64,000 nucleotides of DNA from an uncultured Nitrososphaerota archaeon (GCA_963799845.1 CAWCYI010000004.1:576001-640000); one strand, 5' to 3'; positions 39,833-50,246 are shown, numbered from the stretch's first letter. Numbers and translations are program-made. The notes: generated by a model not told the origin, from the sequence alone.

Positions 39833-40492
39833 CTAACCAGACAACTTTTGGCCGCAGTTGTTGCAGAATCTTGCAGTCGCGGATACCTTCTGTCCGCAGT
39901 TAGGGCAGGCCGACTTGTCCAGCGGCGCCCCGCAGACCTCGCAGAACTTTCCGCTGGAGGTTGGTTTCCCGCACTTTGAACACAGTATCTTGACCTCTTC
40001 GGCGCCCTTGATTTCGGCCGAGTAGTCTTGCGCCATCATGCTTTCCGCAGCTTTCTGACCGAATGCTTGCGCCCGCGCCTTCTGGACGGTTATCGCCTGC
40101 CTTGGGGAACATTCCACGCACATCAGTCCCTGCTCATTCCAGCAGGTCGCGTCGACGTACTTCGTGCAACCGGGACACTTTGTAAAGTGGCCCCTCGCTT
40201 CCGCTGTAGCATCGTCCAGAGCCTTTTCGTGAGCTTCGCGCCATTTGGAATCGTGCATGTAGCCCGCCGCGGATGAAGCTCCCCACGCGCTGTTGCCCAC
40301 ACCCCCAAAAGATCCGCCGAAGCTGCTGCCGATGCTGCTGGCGGCCCCGAAAAGTCCCTTCGCTTTGGCGTACGGCGCCTGACGGTACTTGGTCATGAAA
40401 CCATCCTGACAGATATCGCACTTGAACTTGAACTGGAACCCGTTCTGGTCGGACATGTCGTCAAAGTTCTTGACAAAGTCTCGCAATACCAC
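39833..40492 (-). CDS. multi zinc-ribbon (DZR) protein
   Basis: Seven CxxC motifs, Gly-rich linker and a C-terminal double zinc ribbon. Confidence 0.8.
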   Translation of the reverse strand: MVLRDFVKNFDDMSDQNGFQFKFKCDICQDGFMTKYRQAPYAKAKGLFGAASSIGSSFGGSFGGVGNSAWGASSAAGYMHDSKWREAHEKALDDATAEARGHFTKCPGCTKYVDATCWNEQGLMCVECSPRQAITVQKARAQAFGQKAAESMMAQDYSAEIKGAEEVKILCSKCGKPTSSGKFCEVCGAPLDKSACPNCGQKVSATARFCNNCGQKLSG

Positions 40493-40581
40493 TGCAAGTC
40501 ACCTTTGGTGGCCGGCCGTCAACGAGTTATAATAAATCTTCGCCGGTTTTGCGTTCGTAACGTATTCGCATCTATGGTGAA

Positions 40582-42190
40582 TCACTCGACGGCCGTGACG
40601 ATCCTCCTCAGGATTTCCTTCTCCAGAATCGTGCCTTCAAGCACGCCGTCTTTGTCCACTACTGCGATGATGGGAATGTTCTTTTCCTTGAAGAGGGTCG
40701 CGAGATCGAGCGTCTGTTCGTCCTCATGCACGATCAACGGTTCGTCTAGATCAACTTCAGACACCTTCAGCGATTTTAGCTGGCGGTTGCTCAGAGACAG
40801 GGCTTCCCCGAGTAAAAGTGTCCCAATGGGTTTGTTGGACGCGTTTACGACGACAACCGCCCGAGCGTCCTGCTCCAGGCACTTTTTCAGCGCAGACTCT
40901 CACGGGCTCGTCCTCCCGGACGCTGACGGTTGGAAGCGTCTTTGAAATCTCCTTGGCGGTAAGTTGGTTCAACTGCTGTTTCACTATTTCCTTTGTACTT
41001 CCGGTCTGGTCAACCTTGACGATTGGCGCGCGCAGCCTGAATAGCAGCGGGGCGGCGATTGACAGAAGCACGATCCCGATCGCGGTCGCGGAGTACGCAA
41101 AGCCCCCGATCAAAGCGACCGTGGCAGTTAGAGCGGTAACGAGAAGTGTTGCGTCGACTCCGCCCTTGACGCAGGTGCCAAAAGCATTCTTCCACGGATC
41201 GACCTTGAATATCCGCGAAGAGACCGCCCCGACGGATGAGTCAATTGCGAGCGCGACTCCGAATACCACGAGCCCCAGCAGCAGAAGGTACGGAGTGAGC
41301 TGGACGAAGTAAAGCCCGATGCCAATGAAGAATAGCGGCTCGAAAAAGCCGAACGTGAACGCGTGAAGCTTCGTCATAAGCAGCGGTCGGTTTGCGAAGA
41401 ATTTCTGGAGCAGTAGGCCGAGAAAGAGCGCGACGAGCGCGGAGTTGAAACCGGTGAGCTGCCCGATAAAGCCGGTGATGAGGAGGATGCCGATGATGAT
41501 TGCAAACACCGCTTCCCGGCTCTCGAATTTTCTTTCGACGAATTCGAGCAGCGGGATCATGACGTAGCGTCCGAAAAGGACAATCCCCAAAATCGCAACC
41601 GACAGCTCGGCCGCGATCAGTACGAACGATTCCCAGACGAACGGCTTGCCGGCGAGGTCGTAGATGAACGAGAAGACCACCACGGCCCCGATCTCGATTA
41701 TGAGCACCTGCGAGAAAATCGAGGTGCCTTCGTCGGTCCTAGCAAGCCCGGTCTCGGTGAGGAGCCTCGTAAGCGGGCCGGCGCTCGCCATGCCGGCGAC
41801 TATGCCGATGATCAGGGATGGTATCAGTTGGTTAAACAGTGCGTATGAGACGATGGTAATCGCGCTGAACCTGATCGTGAATTGGAATATGGACAGGAGC
41901 ATGTTCTTCTTTCCGAGCATCGCGGTGACCCGAGATGCCTCGAACTCCTCCGCGCCGCTGACGAATAGGAGGAAGTTGATTCCCAAGCTGATGAACAGGG
42001 AGATTGGCGGGATAACCTGGATGAGGTTGAAGACCCCCGGCCCGATCAGGATGCCCGCGAGTATGGAACCGACAAACGGGATGAAGCCGAGTTTCCGGAA
42101 AGTTTCCTCTCCCAGCTTTGATAAGATTACGAGGACGCCGAGGTATAGAAGCGAGAGCAGCGATTCGCTAATTACCGGTATAATGGACAT
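40582..42190 (-). CDS. CPA2-type cation/proton antiporter with C-terminal CBS pair (frameshift near 40896)
   Basis: GILIGPG and FFEPLFFIGIG motifs, about 12 TM. The shifted frame gives ALKKCLEQDARAVVVVN...IPIIAVVDKDGVLEG (CBS). Confidence 0.82.
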
Positions 42191-42878
42191 GCTCGGCGAC
42201 TCGCCCTAAGATTTTGTTAACTTAAGGGTGTCTTCCAGAAAATAAGACCTTGCTGAATAAGCCCATATCATCTAAGGAACGACTCGCCACGGTTTTAAGA
42301 AGACGCAAATCAAAAACTTAGCTTTAGAAGTTCAGACGATGATGGGGGTATATCGCAAGATAATATCTCAAGTTTTCGATACTCTAACAGGTTCCTGGCT
42401 GAAGAAGAACTTCCAGGGTATAGCAAGAATAAGTGAACCAATTTGGAAGATTGGGATTGAAAGCTGTCAGAGTCTGCATATTCGGTTCTGGAGTTCTACC
42501 ACCATTATTCGTCCGTACGAGACTCCGGAAATTCAAGACTCGCGATCTGAAATTCCACAACCAGAGGAAACGAATCTGGCGACCGCGAGATAAACCGTTC
42601 TTGGTACTCCGACGACGCGTACGAACTCTAGTTTCTAAAACCGAGAATTTTCTAGGTTCTCCGTTTTTCTTTATTTTTTCTGAATTCATCCGTCTAAAAT
42701 CGGACGGGCTATTGTCAATGCATGATCTCACTATATATGAAAGGTATTTATCACCGCGGGTCTTGGCCTGAGGCCACGGCTCTCTCACCTGTGAGAGGAT
42801 CGCAATTTTCGCAAAAAGTGAAAAAATTTTGAAATCGGAAAATGAAACGGGCGGAAATTTCTCCGCAATCTCCAGTGA

Positions 42879-43421
42879 GTGAAAAGGTCAGAGAAAATGG
42901 CAACCCAAACAGCAGAACAGACAGAACCAGCGCCGGAAGTAAAGGAGGATTCTTTGCTCGGTGAGTCTTCAGAGATAATTGGTCAAATTCAGGATTTGCA
43001 GGGCGAATCCGAGAGTATCAAAGACATTCTCGACATGGAAAAGTCGTACGCCGCCGAGGTTGCGACCATCATGAAGCAATTCCTCGACCAGATTGGCAGG
43101 TCTTACGTTCTTGATCCGAGCCTTTTCCCGAGGCTGGGCCATGGGGTGAAGGAAGTGATTCTGACTCCCCAGGGAGTATTTTTCCTCCAATACAACAATG
43201 GCCTGAATATCGCCAGAACCGTGGACGACCTATCTCCCGACAGCTTGATCAAGGTTCTTGAGCGGATCTTGCCGGACGTGAAGGCTTTCCTGACCGAGAG
43301 GAGACAGAAGATTTCAGCGAGGGCGACAATGCTGGAAAAAGTCGCTGGCGAACTCAAGAGAGTTCCGAGCATACCCAAATCTGCGCGCGGTCCGTCAAAA
43401 GCTCAGCAAGCCTCGCAGTAG
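42879..43421 (+). CDS. hypothetical coiled-coil protein
   Basis: 180-aa ORF; probable start at ATG 42897. Confidence 0.65.
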   Translation: MKRSEKMATQTAEQTEPAPEVKEDSLLGESSEIIGQIQDLQGESESIKDILDMEKSYAAEVATIMKQFLDQIGRSYVLDPSLFPRLGHGVKEVILTPQGVFFLQYNNGLNIARTVDDLSPDSLIKVLERILPDVKAFLTERRQKISARATMLEKVAGELKRVPSIPKSARGPSKAQQASQ

Positions 43422-44087
43422 TCACCCGATTACTTTTAGCTTCTAGTGCTAGTGGTGACTATAGACCTCAGTCCAGAAAAGTCGTTTTCCAAACAAGCTT
43501 AAGCCGCATAGATTCTAAGCGCGTAGAGACAAGTCACTGCGGCCGCAAATTCCCTTCGGAAACTACGTCCCTATCTCGTTGATCTGGTTCAGCGTGAGGG
43601 GTAATTGAACCCAGCCCAGCAAGAAGCGTTGCGCCGAAAAAGGGGTACTCAATGCTGGTAAATGCTTCGTGCGTCGGGCCAGAGTTAGATTACGGTGTTT
43701 AAAGAAATTTAGAACTGGTCCCAAAAGATCGCTCAAGCTTTTGGGAGAGCGGCTAACGCTTTTTCGCGGTCTTTACGTTACGCAACTGTGGTCTAATTTC
43801 ATGCTTCGCGTTGTTGCGCTTAACAACGGCTACTAGGGCTTCATTCGTTGCATCCGCGAGAGTACGTCAGCTCTCGCTTTTGCCTTTCATTTAAGCTCAT
43901 GATTTCCACGTTGAAATCGTCTTCAGTTCCTTTAACCTTGTAGCAGTGTCAATGTTGGTCTCTGGCATGATGCAGGGTTTTTTAGAACAAACGACATCAC
44001 TCCGATCACGCCTCCGTGAATGGAGAAGTCGGTGTCTTGAAAGCATAAATCGTTCACCATAACCGGATTGGTCGAAGCCATCCGAAA

Positions 44088-45515
44088 ATGCCAACCACTC
44101 TCACATTCTACGGCGGCATCGGCGAGATCGGCGGAAACAAGATACTCCTTGAAGACAGGGGAACGAAGGTCTTCTTGGATTTTGGTAAAAGTTTTGCAGC
44201 CCGGGCGAAATTCTTCGAATGGACAGACAGGCCAAGGACTGCCAACGGCATCGGAGATTTTCTCGCGCTGGGAATCCTTCCAGAGATCAAGGGAATCTAC
44301 CGGAGAGACCTGTTACAGCTAGCAAATTTACCGGCCGTCGAAGACAAGGCCGTTACTGCCGTAGTATTGAGTCACGCCCACTCAGATCACGCGGATTATA
44401 TTTCGTTTCTCAGGGAAGACATCGAGGTCTGGATGGGCGAAACCACGAACCGAGTAATCAAAGCGATCGAGGAGGAGCGAGATTCAAACATCGAGTACGA
44501 GATTACCGAGTTCAAGCAGCGGCCGATCGATCGCAAGGCGCCGAGAATAAAGCGGGAGATCAAGACTTTTCGCACCGGGAAAAAGATCAAGATTGATTCC
44601 ATCGAAATCGATCCAGTGCACGTCGATCACTCGCTGCCGGGATGCTACGGCTTCATAATTACCACGAGTTCCGGAACGCTCGTCTATTCCGGAGACCTGA
44701 GGATGCACGGGACGAGGCCCGACCTGACGCATGATTTCATAGAAAAGGCAAGAGAGGCCAAGCCGGGGTGGATGATGTGCGAGGGTACGCGGATCAACGA
44801 GACGAATGTTTCGGACGAGAAATTCGTGTACGACACCGCTCACCAGTACGTAAAGCAGGCAAACCAGCGAGATCTCTTCGTGTTCGCTGATTACTCCTAC
44901 AAGGACATCGACAGGTTCCAGACCTTTTTCAAGGTCGCGAAAAATTCCGGAAGGAAGCTCCTCATCACTCCAAAGACCGCCCGCTATCTCCAGCGGCTAT
45001 CTGAAGACGATCACGAGCTCGCAAAGGTGATTCCGAAGATGGAGGATGAATCTATCGGGATCTACAAGAGCCGCCTGAAAACCGGCACTTACGCAGACGA
45101 CGATTATGACGAGTCTGATCTCGAGCTGTTCGACAGGGCCGAGGTCTGGAAATCCGGCGACGTCCAGGAGAAAAAATCGAAGGTAATCATGGCGATCGGC
45201 GGGTACCACCTGCAGGAGCTGATCGACCTAAATCCGGGGCGGGGGATCTACATGCACTCCTCAAGCGAGCCGTTCAACGAGGAGGGAGAGATCGACGAGT
45301 CGAGGACGAACAACTGGTTAGAGCGCTTCGGCATGATCAGGGTTCACGCCCACTGCTCCGGGCACGCCTCGAGCAGAGACCTGAATCACATTCTCGACCA
45401 GATAGATCCCAAGAAAATAATTCCGATACACACGGAACATCCAGAGTTCTTTGGAACGTTCCGCGGCGATTCATCGATCGTGCAGGCGCAGCCGATGAAA
45501 CCGCTTGCGCTCTAG
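44088..45515 (+). CDS. metallo-beta-lactamase/beta-CASP nuclease (RNase J-like)
   Basis: GGIGEIGGN, SHAHSDH, VDHS, YSGDLR, EGT, HCSGHA and IPIHTE motifs. Confidence 0.9.
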   Translation: MPTTLTFYGGIGEIGGNKILLEDRGTKVFLDFGKSFAARAKFFEWTDRPRTANGIGDFLALGILPEIKGIYRRDLLQLANLPAVEDKAVTAVVLSHAHSDHADYISFLREDIEVWMGETTNRVIKAIEEERDSNIEYEITEFKQRPIDRKAPRIKREIKTFRTGKKIKIDSIEIDPVHVDHSLPGCYGFIITTSSGTLVYSGDLRMHGTRPDLTHDFIEKAREAKPGWMMCEGTRINETNVSDEKFVYDTAHQYVKQANQRDLFVFADYSYKDIDRFQTFFKVAKNSGRKLLITPKTARYLQRLSEDDHELAKVIPKMEDESIGIYKSRLKTGTYADDDYDESDLELFDRAEVWKSGDVQEKKSKVIMAIGGYHLQELIDLNPGRGIYMHSSSEPFNEEGEIDESRTNNWLERFGMIRVHAHCSGHASSRDLNHILDQIDPKKIIPIHTEHPEFFGTFRGDSSIVQAQPMKPLAL

Positions 45516-45865
45516 TTCGACTTTTTTTCTCGATTGTAAAATATCGAAGTGATCATCGTGTCGTCGATCACTTCCTGGACGAGAAGATTGACGCGCGACC
45601 TGTCGGCCCGCTGGCTTGCGATGAATTCGTCTTTCTCACCGTCCCACGAGTAGATCGGGGCCTTTGGAATCTCTCGCGTGAAGAAAATCATCACCGAGTG
45701 GTCGATCGGTGTAAACGTGTAGGTGTAGTCCCTGAATCGGATCAGGGAAAGGAACTGCTGCCCCGGGATGGATTTTGTAATCACGAATGAGAATAGGTCC
45801 TTCAACGTTCGAAACTCGACGAGGTGAAAGTTGTCCCCGGTTCCCTGATCGTCGTTGTCTTGCAT
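45512..45865 (-). CDS. hypothetical protein
   Basis: 117-aa ORF, convergent, with a 4-bp overlap. Confidence 0.55.
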   Translation of the reverse strand: MQDNDDQGTGDNFHLVEFRTLKDLFSFVITKSIPGQQFLSLIRFRDYTYTFTPIDHSVMIFFTREIPKAPIYSWDGEKDEFIASQRADRSRVNLLVQEVIDDTMITSIFYNREKKSN

Positions 45866-46174
45866 GAACCTCGAAATCCCGGGTTTGTCCTTTAAGCTTT
45901 TTTTGTCGGGAATGACATCGAAGACGGAGCTTCTGGAAAATTGGCTCCGGATCTTTTAGGCATTTTTGCTTTGCTGGTCAACTGACATTCATGACATCGC
46001 AATACACGCCCAACTGGAGGTCAAATTAGCGCAAGAATGTTGTACCATACTGTAAGGATATATAGGCAGGTTATGGTCAGTATAATTTCATAGATTAAGA
46101 GGAATAATGACCGTGGCCCCGTCGCGTTTTGTGCCTTGTTCTGGCTCGGAAACTTATAAGCAGGTAGATTTAGC

Positions 46175-46447
46175 GTGGAGAATGTAATTTTGAAAAAGAC
46201 AGAGACCGTCCAAAAACCTGCCCCAATAAAGGGAATCGACGAGAAAAAGCCGGTGCTCCTCGGTCAGACCCGCAGCATCAAGATCGTTGACCTACAGGTG
46301 AGGAAACGCCGTCGCAATCCGGCCAATTGCAAGTACTGCAATCTCCCGATAGAATCTCGCTACGCATTGAGCAAGGGCTCCCGCACGGGTGCGAGGTACT
46401 ACCACATCGAATGCGCGATCAAGGTCGGCTTCGACATTACTGTCTGA
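46175..46447 (+). CDS. small zinc-finger protein (CxxC...HxxC)
   Basis: CKYC...YYHIECA motif; TATA-like CTTATAA upstream. Confidence 0.6.
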   Translation: MENVILKKTETVQKPAPIKGIDEKKPVLLGQTRSIKIVDLQVRKRRRNPANCKYCNLPIESRYALSKGSRTGARYYHIECAIKVGFDITV

Positions 46448-46471
46448 GTCTTTGAAATAGTTCTTTACAGG

Positions 46472-46741
46472 TCATCTTCCCTTGGTAGCCATCTCTATCG
46501 AAGTTTGAAGATTCGAAATCTCTACTTCAACGTCCATGATCTCGGCCTGGCACTTATCTAGAGCGATCTCCATCTTCCTGACTCGCTCGGTCATGTCGAC
46601 TACTGCGGTCATCAATTTGGAAAGCTGTCCGCTCTCCATGTGATCCAGGTGGTCGTGCAGCCCGAGGCCAGTTCTCTCAACGGTCTTTTGAACGTCTCGA
46701 AACTCCTGCTTCACTTCAGCCTCAAATTGACCTTCTAGCAT
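46472..46741 (-). CDS. small coiled-coil protein
   Basis: Heptad pattern, ATG start, TATA-like box about 26 bp upstream. Confidence 0.55.
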   Translation of the reverse strand: MLEGQFEAEVKQEFRDVQKTVERTGLGLHDHLDHMESGQLSKLMTAVVDMTERVRKMEIALDKCQAEIMDVEVEISNLQTSIEMATKGR

Positions 46742-46746
46742 GAGAA

Positions 46747-46766
46747 TTACAGTAATATTACAGTAA
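46747..46766. promoter_or_regulatory. tandem TTACAGTAA palindromes (11-bp spacing), operator candidate
   Basis: Copies at 46747-46755 and 46758-46766, between the TATA-like box and the start codon of 46472-46741. Confidence 0.5.
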
Positions 46767-47022
46767 CTATAAGAATTTCTGTTTTCGGTTCTGTTAACTC
46801 TTCGGTAAAAGCTCGAAGCGATTGGCGGTTTTTCTCCCTGTTAAATTTCGCTTGATGGATTTCTAGCGTTCTGAAAACTACAGCGAACCTTTTCTAATTT
46901 CGCATTGGGGCCCTTTTTATTTTGATTCCGTGGATGTCTTGCTGTTCCAATTCCCTTCCGTCTGAAAGTGCGAGAAAAATCTGACGTGAGTCGGCAACAT
47001 GTCTTTATAGATCGAGGAGCTT

Positions 47023-47286
47023 ATGATCATGGCTTGCTGGTGGGAAAATCTTTTGTTCCCCTTTAGAGACGATAAGAACCTTTCCGCGCAACAGATCATG
47101 TTAGTCAATTGGGTCATGGAGGCAGGAGAGGTTCCTCTTCAGGAATTTGTGGGTCAGATCGACGACCTGCGCGAGCTGATGTCACGTGGTTTGTTGCGGC
47201 TCAAGATCTCAATGCATGTATGGGGGATACAGTATCTTGTCACGAGTCCCAAGGCACCACTACGTCACGATTTGGAAGTGAAGTAA
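47023..47286 (+). CDS. hypothetical protein, possibly winged-helix-like
   Basis: LRELMSRGLLRL helix-wing pattern; TTTATA upstream. Confidence 0.45.
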   Translation: MIMACWWENLLFPFRDDKNLSAQQIMLVNWVMEAGEVPLQEFVGQIDDLRELMSRGLLRLKISMHVWGIQYLVTSPKAPLRHDLEVK

Positions 47287-47926
47287 AATTCGTCCAATCT
47301 CTGATATTTTTGAACTGAGTAAAGCGTCCCTAAAAACTGTCAATTGAACAGTTCACTGGGGAAATAAGTGAAAATTAGTCAATAGAAACCGGAAATATAT
47401 CGAAAAAAGATAGATTACGGACGCCCTTGGTTAGGGGGACGCCGCATCTCAACTGTTGACTAGGAGAATTGCTCCAATATTACGGGTTTTACTGAGATTC
47501 TTCGGACCCTGTTCTTGAAGAACCGGAAAAATCTGTTGTAAAACCTCTTCTGTCTGTTCCAAATTAGTCTATTACCTGCGTTCATTAATCAAACACCTTG
47601 GGAAAACAAGTAAGGCATTTCATCATTGAAAAGCCTTTTCGTTCGTCTGTGAAAAAATCTTGTCCAAGCTTTTTGAAAATACCAAAAGGATGGCCGGATT
47701 TTTGTTTGGAAAGATTTGAAATTTTTTTTCACATGGAGATGATTTCTTTTTCGCAAAGACACTGAATCCGTACTACGAATACCAAAAAAAATCGACGGAA
47801 GAGAAACAAATGTCCGTTCATTTTCCCAATTAGCGCGTGGTACACTAGACCGATTTTCGATCACAAACCATTGTTTCTTAAATAACAAGACAAAATTCGT
47901 GAAATAGTGAGGCGAAGAGAAGGAAT

Positions 47927-49105
47927 ATGGCTGGCAAAACTGGCAAGGCACTCTGCTCCCTCGTCTCAGCGGGGTGCTCTAGGTACGGGAACCGGGCAGG
48001 ACTCTCGGGAACGGACCTATTCAACGAGGCGATGGACGAACTCTTCGATAGTTGCCCCGCAATTGAGCGAGAAAATATCAATGCTCTTTACTTGGGTCTA
48101 GGGTTTGAGTCCTTCGAGCACAGAGCCAACGTTGCCCCTGGACTAGCAAACAACTACGGACTCCGTAACAAACCCGCGATCAGAGTGGAATCAGTGTCTT
48201 CGTCTGGTGGAACTTCTCTGCGTCAGGGAATTATGGGAATACTTTCAGGAGTCTACGACGTTGTGATTTGCGCCGGAATGGAAAAAATGACTACGGTTGA
48301 AACTGGGCTCGCTCTCGAAATAATTTCCGAAGCTTCGGACAGGCCCTTCGAGCAGTGGAATGGAGCTACTCTCTCGGCGTTGAATGCGCTCGCGGCGAGG
48401 GAGCATATGAGAAAGTATGGCACTACCGAAGAGCAGCTTGCCTCCATCGCGGTGAAGAACCACGAAAACGCATTCTACAACGAAAAGGCATACCTCAGAA
48501 AACGGATCTCCATCGCCGACGTTATGGCATCGCGAAAGATCTGCACCCCACTGAAGCTGCTTGACTGCTCGCCTGTTTGCGATGGTGCAAGTGCTGTTCT
48601 TCTGTGTAAACCCGATATCGCATCAAAATATTCGGAGACTCCGATCGACATCATTGGAAGTGGAGAGGCAAGCGACTCCGATTTCGTGTACCGGGAAGAG
48701 TTCACGGGATTTCCCGCTACCAGAATAGCGGCAAAGCAAGCTCTCGAATCAAGCGGATTGAATATTCGCGATATGGATCTCATCGAAGTCCATGATGCGT
48801 TCACTATCAACGAGATAATCGCCTATGAAGACCTAGGTTTGTGCGAGAAAGGAAGTGGTGGAAAGTTAGCTGAAAGCGGAGCGACGAAAATTAGTGGAGA
48901 GATCACGGTGAACACCTCCGGAGGGCTGAAGGCTAAAGGCCATCCCATCGGTTCAAGCGGAATAGGTCAGGTCTACGAAGTCTTCGAGCAGTTGACTGGA
49001 AAAGTCGATGGGCCCCGAAGGGTTGATGGCGCGGAAGTTGCCATGACGCATTCGATGGGCGGGGCCGGCGTGGATGCCCTGGTTCACGTATTCAAGAGAA
49101 GGTGA
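47927..49105 (+). CDS. thiolase-like protein (SCP-x/Ltp2 type), nucleophilic Cys position is Ser
   Basis: GMEKMT, AVKNH.NA, DCSPVCDGASA, EVHDAF and SGGLKAKGHPIG motifs. VESVSSSG replaces the usual xENACASG. Confidence 0.88.
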   Translation: MAGKTGKALCSLVSAGCSRYGNRAGLSGTDLFNEAMDELFDSCPAIERENINALYLGLGFESFEHRANVAPGLANNYGLRNKPAIRVESVSSSGGTSLRQGIMGILSGVYDVVICAGMEKMTTVETGLALEIISEASDRPFEQWNGATLSALNALAAREHMRKYGTTEEQLASIAVKNHENAFYNEKAYLRKRISIADVMASRKICTPLKLLDCSPVCDGASAVLLCKPDIASKYSETPIDIIGSGEASDSDFVYREEFTGFPATRIAAKQALESSGLNIRDMDLIEVHDAFTINEIIAYEDLGLCEKGSGGKLAESGATKISGEITVNTSGGLKAKGHPIGSSGIGQVYEVFEQLTGKVDGPRRVDGAEVAMTHSMGGAGVDALVHVFKRR

Positions 49106-49497
49106 AATTGATGCCAGAAATATTATCCGTTGACGCTTTCTACGAAAACGGCAGGAAAGGTAAACTGGTCGGGCTCGAATGCGATTCTCAGCACGTCACT
49201 GTTCCGCCAAGGAAAAGCTGTCGGGCCTGCAAATCTCAGAATCTAAAACTTGTTGAGCTTTCGGGAAGGGGAAAGATAGTATCCTTCACCGAGGTTCACG
49301 TTAAATCAAAAGAGTTCCCGATTGCGACGCCCTATGATTTAGCTCTTGTCCAACTTGCCGAAGGAGGAGATTTGCTGGGTGTTTTGGAAAAAGCGCCAGG
49401 TATGGCAATCCAATACGGCGCGAGTGTTTGGGTAAAATTTCGAGATGTTGCCAATGAGAAGGGGAAGTGGCCGCGGATTTTCTTTGAATTTGATTGA
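49102..49497 (+). CDS. DUF35 Zn-ribbon/OB-fold partner protein
   Basis: PPR..CRAC, SGRGKIVSFT and PY.LALVQL.EG motifs; overlaps the thiolase stop. Confidence 0.88.
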   Translation: MKLMPEILSVDAFYENGRKGKLVGLECDSQHVTVPPRKSCRACKSQNLKLVELSGRGKIVSFTEVHVKSKEFPIATPYDLALVQLAEGGDLLGVLEKAPGMAIQYGASVWVKFRDVANEKGKWPRIFFEFD

Positions 49498-49505
49498 CAA
49501 ACTTC

Positions 49506-50246
49506 TCAGTAGGAGTTCACAATTGTTACGCCGGTCATGAACACTAAGGGAGTAGGGACGCTCGCCGAATTTACTGGAACGTCTGAAATCTGCAAAGCCA
49601 CGCTCATTCCGTCAAGCACATAACCGAATACGGTATACTGTCCATCCAAGCTTGCACTGTTATTCGCGACATTTATGTAAAATTGGGAGGAACCGCTATT
49701 CACAGACGACCCTCGAGCCATCCCAAGGTATCCGACAGTGTTATGCAATGTAGGAACAATTTCAAGTGGAACTGTTTGATTCGATCCGCCCTGCCCCCAG
49801 GTACTTTGGTCTCCACCGCCATTCTTTGTATTGGGGTCGCCGGTTTGAATGACAAAGCCCTTGACTATCCTGTGCCATACTAAATTAGTGTAGAATCCCG
49901 ACTTTGCAAGACTAATAAAATTGCTCACTGTCTTCGGAGTTTGGCTTGCAAATAGCTCGATGTATATTGTCCCATAGGTTGTTCCTATTTCCCCGCAAAT
50001 AATGCTACTAGTTGTTGTGCAATGAGTAGTTACATTTGACGAAACACTCGTCGGGCTGGTCGATCCGGTTGATCCGGAAACCGTTGTCGAGGGTGTTGAT
50101 GAACTGGTAGCCGCGATAGATGTGTACACATAGTATCCACCTGCTGCTGCAACAATCACGATGATAACAGCGACAACTATGATCGTAATGCGATTGTTTC
50201 CAGAGGGAGAGTCCTGCTTCCTGTATTTCTTGGAGGTGTGGGGCAT
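49506..50246 (-). CDS. membrane-anchored cyclophilin-type peptidyl-prolyl isomerase
   Basis: PKTVSNF, HRIVKGFVIQTGDP, GMAR, SGSSQFYI and LDGQYTVFG motifs; N-terminal TM plus S/T linker. Confidence 0.93.
   Translation of the reverse strand: MPHTSKKYRKQDSPSGNNRITIIVVAVIIVIVAAAGGYYVYTSIAATSSSTPSTTVSGSTGSTSPTSVSSNVTTHCTTTSSIICGEIGTTYGTIYIELFASQTPKTVSNFISLAKSGFYTNLVWHRIVKGFVIQTGDPNTKNGGGDQSTWGQGGSNQTVPLEIVPTLHNTVGYLGMARGSSVNSGSSQFYINVANNSASLDGQYTVFGYVLDGMSVALQISDVPVNSASVPTPLVFMTGVTIVNSY

Noticed and set aside
42339-42788. Three overlapping short ORFs
   Set aside because: Mutually overlapping with non-protein-like composition; probably intergenic.
43550-43690. TPP riboswitch on the minus strand (ACCC...GAACCAGATC...AGGGAA)
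   Set aside because: The GCTGAGA element and correct spacing are missing, and there is no thiamine gene downstream.
47290-47920. Replication origin
   Set aside because: AT-rich, but no convincing repeated ORB boxes and no orc1/cdc6 gene in the window.
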